DNA of 64,000 nt, from NCBI GenBank assembly GCA_964588955.1, contig CAZPQJ010000003.1, positions 42 through 64,041 on the forward strand, written 5' to 3'. The notes beneath the pieces are model-generated. The model had not been told where the DNA came from. It did no database searches and saw nothing but the letters and a program-made list of their open reading frames with translations. The translations under genes and the position numbers were made by a program. Shown piece by piece: positions 58,807 to 64,000 of the stretch (positions are counted from its first letter, which is position 1; every line of letters begins with the position of its first letter). Source of the DNA: an uncultured Gammaproteobacteria bacterium. Lineage in GTDB: Bacteria > Patescibacteriota > Patescibacteriia > UBA9934 > CAMTUG01.

Positions 58807-61752
58807 ATGCAAGATAATCTTCTCGAAAAACTCAATCCCGAACAGCTCTCAGCGGTGATGCATGATGCTGGGCCGCTCATGATTATTGCTGGTGCGGGGA
58901 CAGGGAAGACCACGGTGATTACCCATCGCATTGCTTATTTAATTGAGCAGAAAAAGGCCAAGCCCGATGAAGTCCTGGCACTGACGTTTACCGAAAAAGC
59001 GGCGGCAGAGATGGAGGAACGTGTCGACAAGTTGTTGCCGATTGGGTATGTGGATTTGTGGATTTCTACCTTCCACTCGTTTTGTGAACGCATTTTGAAA
59101 GCGCACGGTCTTGACGTTGGCATTCCCAATGACTTTAAGCTACTAAATCAAACGGATGCCTGGTTGCTCGTGCGTCAAAATTTCGATCGGTTCAATTTGG
59201 ATTATTATCGCCCGGCAGGAAATCCGACCAAGTTCATTCACGGCATGTTGCAGCATTTTTCTCGGGCGAAAGATGAGAACATTACGCCGGAGGAATATTT
59301 GGCTTACGTCGAGGGGCTTAAAGCCGATAAGGACACGACCAACGCGGGAGGCATCGACGCCACGGAACTCTCACGTTTGGAGGAACTCGCTGGCGCTTAT
59401 CACACCTATCAACAAATTTTGTTGGAAAATAATGCTCTAGATTTTGGTGATTTGATTAGCTATACCTTGAAGTTGTTTACTGCTCGCCCAAAAATCCTAG
59501 CGCAGTATCAACAACAGTTTAAATACGTGCTGGTGGACGAGTTTCAAGACACCAACTGGGCGCAGTACGCGCTGGTGAAAATGCTTGCCGCGCCTGGTAA
59601 TAACATCACGGTTGTTGGTGACGATGATCAATCGATTTATAAATTCCGTGGAGCATCGCTTTCGAACATTCTGCAGTTCGAGGCAGATTATCCAACAACT
59701 AAAAAAATTGTTCTCACCGCCAACTATCGCAGCTTACAATCCATTCTTGATGTCTCCTATAATTTCATCCAAGCCAACAATCCTAATCGCTTGGAAGCGC
59801 AGCTGCAAACGAGCGGATCGGGACTTAGCAAGAAGCTTGTTTCACCGCGAGAAGGGAAGGGAGTGATTGAACATATTCACTGCGAAACGCTAGAGGATGA
59901 AGCGCGGGCGGTGGTGGAACGCATCGTGGAATTGCAAAAGCAGGGCACGCCACTCAAAGAGATTGCTATCCTTGTGCGCGCTAACAGTTCGGCAGAACCG
60001 TTTGTTTCGTGTTTGGAGTTGTTTGGGATCCCGTATCAATTCATGGCGCTCAAAGGCTTGTATCGCAAGCCATTAATTATTGATGCCTTGGCGTATTTGC
60101 GGGTGATTGATCAGCCCAACGAAAGTCCGAGTTTGTATCGCATTCTGAGTCATCCAACGCTGGGTGTCCGTCCGGACGACCTTGTGAAGCTGACCCATGA
60201 GTGTTACAAGCGTGGCAAATCGTTGGCCGACGTTCTGGAGATTGCTAAAACCCTGCGCACGCTGGATCCGGAAACAAGCGAGAGCGCGGCAACGCTCTTG
60301 GGGCTATTTGCTCGGATGCGTCTTGAGGCTCGACGCAAGCCCGTGGCTGAGTTATTCGTTGACGTGATGAAAGAATCCGGTTTGCTTGGCTTTGTCAGTA
60401 CCTTACCGGAGCGTCAGCAACAGGAAGAGTTTCGTTTGTTGCAACAGTTTTATGAACGCATGAAAGCGTTTCAGGCACTCACGGCTGACACAACGCTAAA
60501 ACGATTTTTGATCGAATTGGAACACGAGCAAGCTTCTGGCGAAGAAGGAAGTTTGAAAATGGATCCGGAAGAAGGGCCAGAAACCGTGCGGATTATGACC
60601 ATCCATGCATCGAAAGGCTTGGAGTTTGCCCATGTGTTTATTGTCAATTTGGTGGATCGTCGTTTTCCAACGTCGGAAAAGAAAGATGCCATTCCGTTGC
60701 CGGATGCGTTGATTAAAGAAAAAGTTCCTGAAGGTGACATCCACTTGGAAGAAGAGCGTCGATTGATGTACGTCGCTTTGACGCGTGCCAAGGATGCTTT
60801 GTATTTGACTTCGGCGGAGGACTACGGTGGTGCGCGCAAGAAAAAGCCGTCGCGGTTTCTGGTAGAAATGGGACATGACACCACTCCGGTACGTTTGGGA
60901 TCGATCCAAAAAGGTGGAGTGTTTGCCTCGAATGAGCCGCACCGCTACGACCTGACCGATGCGCACGTGAGCATTCCAACGGCCTTTAGCTACACTCAGT
61001 TGGCGGCCTTTGAAACGTGTCCCTTGCAATACAAATTTGCCCACGTGCTGCATGTGCCCGTGTATGGACGCTATCAAATGAGTTTTGGAAAAACCATGCA
61101 CGGATGTTTGCAGCACTTTTTTGAGTTGTTTAAGGAGAGTGTTGAAACCCCCCAGGGAACCCTTTTCGAGACCCCGTCACCGAGTGGCGGGGCAAAGGTG
61201 CCGAGTCTCGACGCGTTGATGAAGCTTTATGATGAGGCTTGGATCGACGAGTGGTACGAAAGTGACGCTCAACGCGAGGAGTATCGCGCCCGCGGCAAGA
61301 AAACCCTTAAGGAGTATCATGCCGAGCTGGTGGCTAATCCTCCGCGGCCGTTTCATTTGGAAAAGGGCTTTACGGTTAAGTTCGGCGACGTTGTTGTTCG
61401 TGGTAGAATTGACCGTATCGATTTGGTAGACGGCGGGGTGGAGATTATCGATTACAAAACGGGTAAGCCAAAAACCGAATTGGCGAGCGAAGATAAACGG
61501 CAGTTGATGATTTATCAAATCGCGGCTATGGAGTGTTTTCAGCCGCCGCTTGTGCCGGTGAAGCTCACCTACCATTACTTGGAAGATAACTCGACCATTT
61601 CTTTTCTTGGCAAGCCCGAGGAGCTCGACGTCTTACGTCAGGAACTTGTGGAAACCGCCCGGGGCATTCGCGCCTCGGTGTTTCCGCCAACGCCAGGGTT
61701 TATGTGCGAGTACTGCGACTTTAAAGATATTTGCGAATTCCGCCAACGGTAA
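58807..61752 (+). CDS. UvrD/PcrA-like SF1 helicase fused to a C-terminal PD-(D/E)xK (RecB/Cas4-like) nuclease domain with a 4-Cys cluster.
   Basis: Walker A AGAGTGKT, UvrD motifs (VDEFQDTN, TIHASKGLEF), and a C-terminal domain reading CPLQYKF...GRIDRID...DYKTGK...CEYCDFKDIC. Confidence 0.85.
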   Translation: MQDNLLEKLNPEQLSAVMHDAGPLMIIAGAGTGKTTVITHRIAYLIEQKKAKPDEVLALTFTEKAAAEMEERVDKLLPIGYVDLWISTFHSFCERILKAHGLDVGIPNDFKLLNQTDAWLLVRQNFDRFNLDYYRPAGNPTKFIHGMLQHFSRAKDENITPEEYLAYVEGLKADKDTTNAGGIDATELSRLEELAGAYHTYQQILLENNALDFGDLISYTLKLFTARPKILAQYQQQFKYVLVDEFQDTNWAQYALVKMLAAPGNNITVVGDDDQSIYKFRGASLSNILQFEADYPTTKKIVLTANYRSLQSILDVSYNFIQANNPNRLEAQLQTSGSGLSKKLVSPREGKGVIEHIHCETLEDEARAVVERIVELQKQGTPLKEIAILVRANSSAEPFVSCLELFGIPYQFMALKGLYRKPLIIDALAYLRVIDQPNESPSLYRILSHPTLGVRPDDLVKLTHECYKRGKSLADVLEIAKTLRTLDPETSESAATLLGLFARMRLEARRKPVAELFVDVMKESGLLGFVSTLPERQQQEEFRLLQQFYERMKAFQALTADTTLKRFLIELEHEQASGEEGSLKMDPEEGPETVRIMTIHASKGLEFAHVFIVNLVDRRFPTSEKKDAIPLPDALIKEKVPEGDIHLEEERRLMYVALTRAKDALYLTSAEDYGGARKKKPSRFLVEMGHDTTPVRLGSIQKGGVFASNEPHRYDLTDAHVSIPTAFSYTQLAAFETCPLQYKFAHVLHVPVYGRYQMSFGKTMHGCLQHFFELFKESVETPQGTLFETPSPSGGAKVPSLDALMKLYDEAWIDEWYESDAQREEYRARGKKTLKEYHAELVANPPRPFHLEKGFTVKFGDVVVRGRIDRIDLVDGGVEIIDYKTGKPKTELASEDKRQLMIYQIAAMECFQPPLVPVKLTYHYLEDNSTISFLGKPEELDVLRQELVETARGIRASVFPPTPGFMCEYCDFKDICEFRQR

Positions 61753-61791
61753 TAATTGGATAGGCAGGCACATGGGCCTGCCCCTACGTAT

Positions 61792-62106
61792 ATGCTCGAC
61801 ATGAAACATCTCATTACTTCCGCGGTTCACCGTGCGGGCATTACCGCGGAAATCAATTCGGTGCAGATTGTGGCGGCGGTGCGCGCCTTTTTAGATAGCG
61901 CTGTTTTGCCCGCTTTACGTCCGAGTATTCAAGTCATTTCGTATCAGCACGGCACCTTGAAAATTCTTTGCGCCAACGCCGTGGCGGCACACGAAACGCG
62001 TTCTTTGGAAACCGGTGTACGCGACGCACTCGTGCGCGCGGATCCTAAAGCCGAATTGCGGCAGCTGTTGATTCACATCGGCACGCCGAAAACGTATGAA
62101 CTTTAA
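61792..62106 (+). CDS. DUF721/DciA-like small protein.
   Basis: ~100 aa; the Q.V.AVR.F....LP...R.....Y..G.L.I pattern resembles DUF721. Confidence 0.35.
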   Translation: MLDMKHLITSAVHRAGITAEINSVQIVAAVRAFLDSAVLPALRPSIQVISYQHGTLKILCANAVAAHETRSLETGVRDALVRADPKAELRQLLIHIGTPKTYEL

Positions 62107-62482
62107 GCAGTATCTTATTTTCATGGCTGTTGGAACGGGGGTGGCTTTCATCTCTTGGTTGTTGGTGCTCGTGGCAATCGATCCGGTAACCGCGGGGTTG
62201 CCTTCACGGGCGGCTTTTTTACTTACGCTGTTCATTACGCTTGTCGGAGTCTTCTCTTTGTTTGGTGCCTTGATTCGGGTGCTTGTGGTGCATCGTGAGG
62301 CGGTAGTGGCTCGTGAAGTTGCCCGTGCCTTTCGACAAGGCTTGCTTTTTTCCGCTGTCGTTCTTTCCGCCTTGGTTATGGCTAGCGTAAATTATTTGCG
62401 CTGGTGGACCATGATCCTGGTCATCATTCTTTTTGCCTGTATTGAGCTCTTTTTTTTGACCGCTGGACGCAGGGATCTGTAG
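62096..62482 (+). CDS. Hypothetical 4-TM membrane protein.
   Basis: ORF with hydrophobic segments. Confidence 0.4.
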   Translation: MNFKQYLIFMAVGTGVAFISWLLVLVAIDPVTAGLPSRAAFLLTLFITLVGVFSLFGALIRVLVVHREAVVAREVARAFRQGLLFSAVVLSALVMASVNYLRWWTMILVIILFACIELFFLTAGRRDL

Positions 62483-62517
62483 AGGATAAGATAGAGGCCT
62501 TCCAACGATAATCTTGT

Positions 62518-63567
62518 ATGTTGAATAAGTTTTTCGGTCAGTTTTCAAAAGATTTAGGGATTGACTTGGGTACCGCCAATACCCTGGTTTTTGTGAAGGA
62601 AAAAGGGGTGGTGATCAACGAACCATCGATTGTGGCCATTAATACCCGCACGGACCAAATTTTGGCTGTGGGTCGCGACGCCAAAGATATGCTCGGCAAA
62701 ACGCCGCCGCATATCACCACTGTACGGCCACTCATGAAAGGGGTGATTTCCGATTTTGAAGTGACGGAAAAAATGTTGAAGTATTTTATCGACAAGGTTC
62801 ACGAAGAAACGTTTACCATTGTTCCGCGTCCGCGCGTGGTGATTGGAGTGCCGCTTGAGATTACCGAAGTGGAGCGTAAGGCAGTTGAAGATGCAGTGCT
62901 TTCTGCCGGAGCGCGACAGGTGCTATTGGTGGAGGAACCGATTTTGGCAGCCATTGGCGGACGTATTCCTATCACCGAATCCAATGGCCACATGTTGGTA
63001 GACATTGGTGGGGGAACAGCGGAGATCGCCGTCCTTTCCTTGTCTGGAGTGGTGACCTGGAAGTCGCTGACTATCGCTGGAGACGAGCTCACCAAAAATA
63101 TTGTCCAATACGCACGCGAGGCCTTTAACTTGTTGTTGGGTGAGCGCGTGGCAGAGCAAGTCAAAATGGAGATTGGTTCAGCCGTGCCACTTAAACAAAC
63201 GTTGCAGATGAGCATGCGCGGGCGCGATTTGATTAGCGGGTTGCCAAAAGAAATTTCGGTCAACGATGGTCAGATTCGCGAAGCCATGTATCGATCGGTA
63301 CGTACCATTGTAGAAAACATTAAAGCCACGTTGGAGGTGACTCCGCCGGAATTGGTGGCCGATATTTACGAGCGTGGCATTGTCCTTACGGGTGGCGGGG
63401 CGTTACTAAAAGGACTTGATGAATTGATTTCCAAAGAAACGACTATCCCGGTACGCATTATCGACGATCCTCTTACGGCCGTAGTGCGCGGCGCCGGCGC
63501 ATTGCTCGACGATGAAACGTTACTTAAAGAGGTTGCTCTTCCATCCGCTACCCAAACATCATCCTAA
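62518..63567 (+). CDS. mreB: Rod shape-determining protein MreB.
   Basis: LGIDLGTANTLV, the actin-fold phosphate loops, and DIGGGTAE. Confidence 0.9.
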   Translation: MLNKFFGQFSKDLGIDLGTANTLVFVKEKGVVINEPSIVAINTRTDQILAVGRDAKDMLGKTPPHITTVRPLMKGVISDFEVTEKMLKYFIDKVHEETFTIVPRPRVVIGVPLEITEVERKAVEDAVLSAGARQVLLVEEPILAAIGGRIPITESNGHMLVDIGGGTAEIAVLSLSGVVTWKSLTIAGDELTKNIVQYAREAFNLLLGERVAEQVKMEIGSAVPLKQTLQMSMRGRDLISGLPKEISVNDGQIREAMYRSVRTIVENIKATLEVTPPELVADIYERGIVLTGGGALLKGLDELISKETTIPVRIIDDPLTAVVRGAGALLDDETLLKEVALPSATQTSS

Positions 63568-63576
63568 CGCTCGCGT

Positions 63577-64000
63577 ATGCGATTGAACGTACGGCGCCAT
63601 CGACGGCTCGTGGTCTTTTCCGCCACCGCGGTGGCGCTTGTATTGTTAGTATCTTTGTTTCAAAAAACCGCGCCGGTGGTGGCGATCATGAATGGTACAC
63701 GAGCCGCTGCCTATGCGGTTGGTGATGGGATAGGCGGACTTTTGGAACGCGTTTTCTCTAGCAAGTCTGTCTTGATTCAGGAAAATACGCGCCTGCAGCA
63801 AGAGGTAGCGGCTTTGGCAGAATCTGCCGCGAGCGCCGACCAACTGAAAGCGGAAAATTCTTCGTTGAAAGAATTGATACAGTATCAAGAGCGTTCGGGT
63901 GTTCAGCCGGTGGTGGCCCGTGTACTGAGCCGCGTAAGCGAACTTTCTTCTGAAGCCGTGTTAGTAAACCGCGGTTCGGTCGATGGCGTGGCGGTGGGGG
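63577..64000 (+). CDS. mreC: Rod shape-determining protein MreC; the N-terminal part only, as the gene continues past the window end.
   Basis: An N-terminal TM, a coiled coil (LQQEVAALAESAASADQLKAENSSLKEL), then the beginning of the beta domain. Its position directly after mreB supports the call. Confidence 0.7.
   Translation, partial: MRLNVRRHRRLVVFSATAVALVLLVSLFQKTAPVVAIMNGTRAAAYAVGDGIGGLLERVFSSKSVLIQENTRLQQEVAALAESAASADQLKAENSSLKELIQYQERSGVQPVVARVLSRVSELSSEAVLVNRGSVDGVAVG

Overview
This 64 kb bacterial window is dense with short genes and has a visibly moderate GC content; it could be an uncultivated small-genome bacterium, but lineage cannot be assigned from sequence alone. It has three main parts. 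(1) The left 6.4 kb looks like a defence or mobile island. It holds a ParB-domain DNA methyltransferase truncated at the window edge, a LexA-like S24 repressor with a palindromic operator, and a tightly packed four-gene Type III CBASS operon (CD-NTase, HORMA, TRIP13-like AAA+ ATPase and a NucC-like endonuclease); the CBASS start overlaps the end of the repressor gene. Downstream is a convergent Zn-ribbon/excisionase-HTH gene. (2) The long middle section carries housekeeping and envelope genes: greA, msrB, htrA, an MGMT-family (ogt-like) protein, malic enzyme, mutY, pepA, a peroxiredoxin, sod, rsmI, metG, cvpA, tatD, the complete F-type ATP synthase operon atpZ-B-E-F-H-A-G-D-C with a consensus promoter and a terminator, a uvrD-like helicase-nuclease, mreB and mreC. 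These are interspersed with many small membrane, secreted and zinc-ribbon proteins, a BspA/DUF285 surface protein, a SulP transporter, a cupredoxin and a pyroglutamyl peptidase. (3) Between tatD and the atp operon, at 47.3-50.9 kb, sits a strikingly GC-rich island flanked by hairpins. It has two divergent genes (a 595-aa hypothetical protein and a Pro/Ala-rich membrane protein with a Cys-rich C-terminus and a (GGCACC)n microsatellite) separated by an AT-rich promoter region with a perfect 12-bp inverted repeat. Other notable structures are a ~55-nt repeat family with one palindromic intergenic copy (pepA/prx terminator) and one copy inserted in-frame inside mutY, a duplicated 40-nt terminator-containing repeat in front of two paralogous MKKSL-leader genes, and several GC-rich acidic orphan genes. 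No rRNA, tRNA or CRISPR array was recognised by eye.
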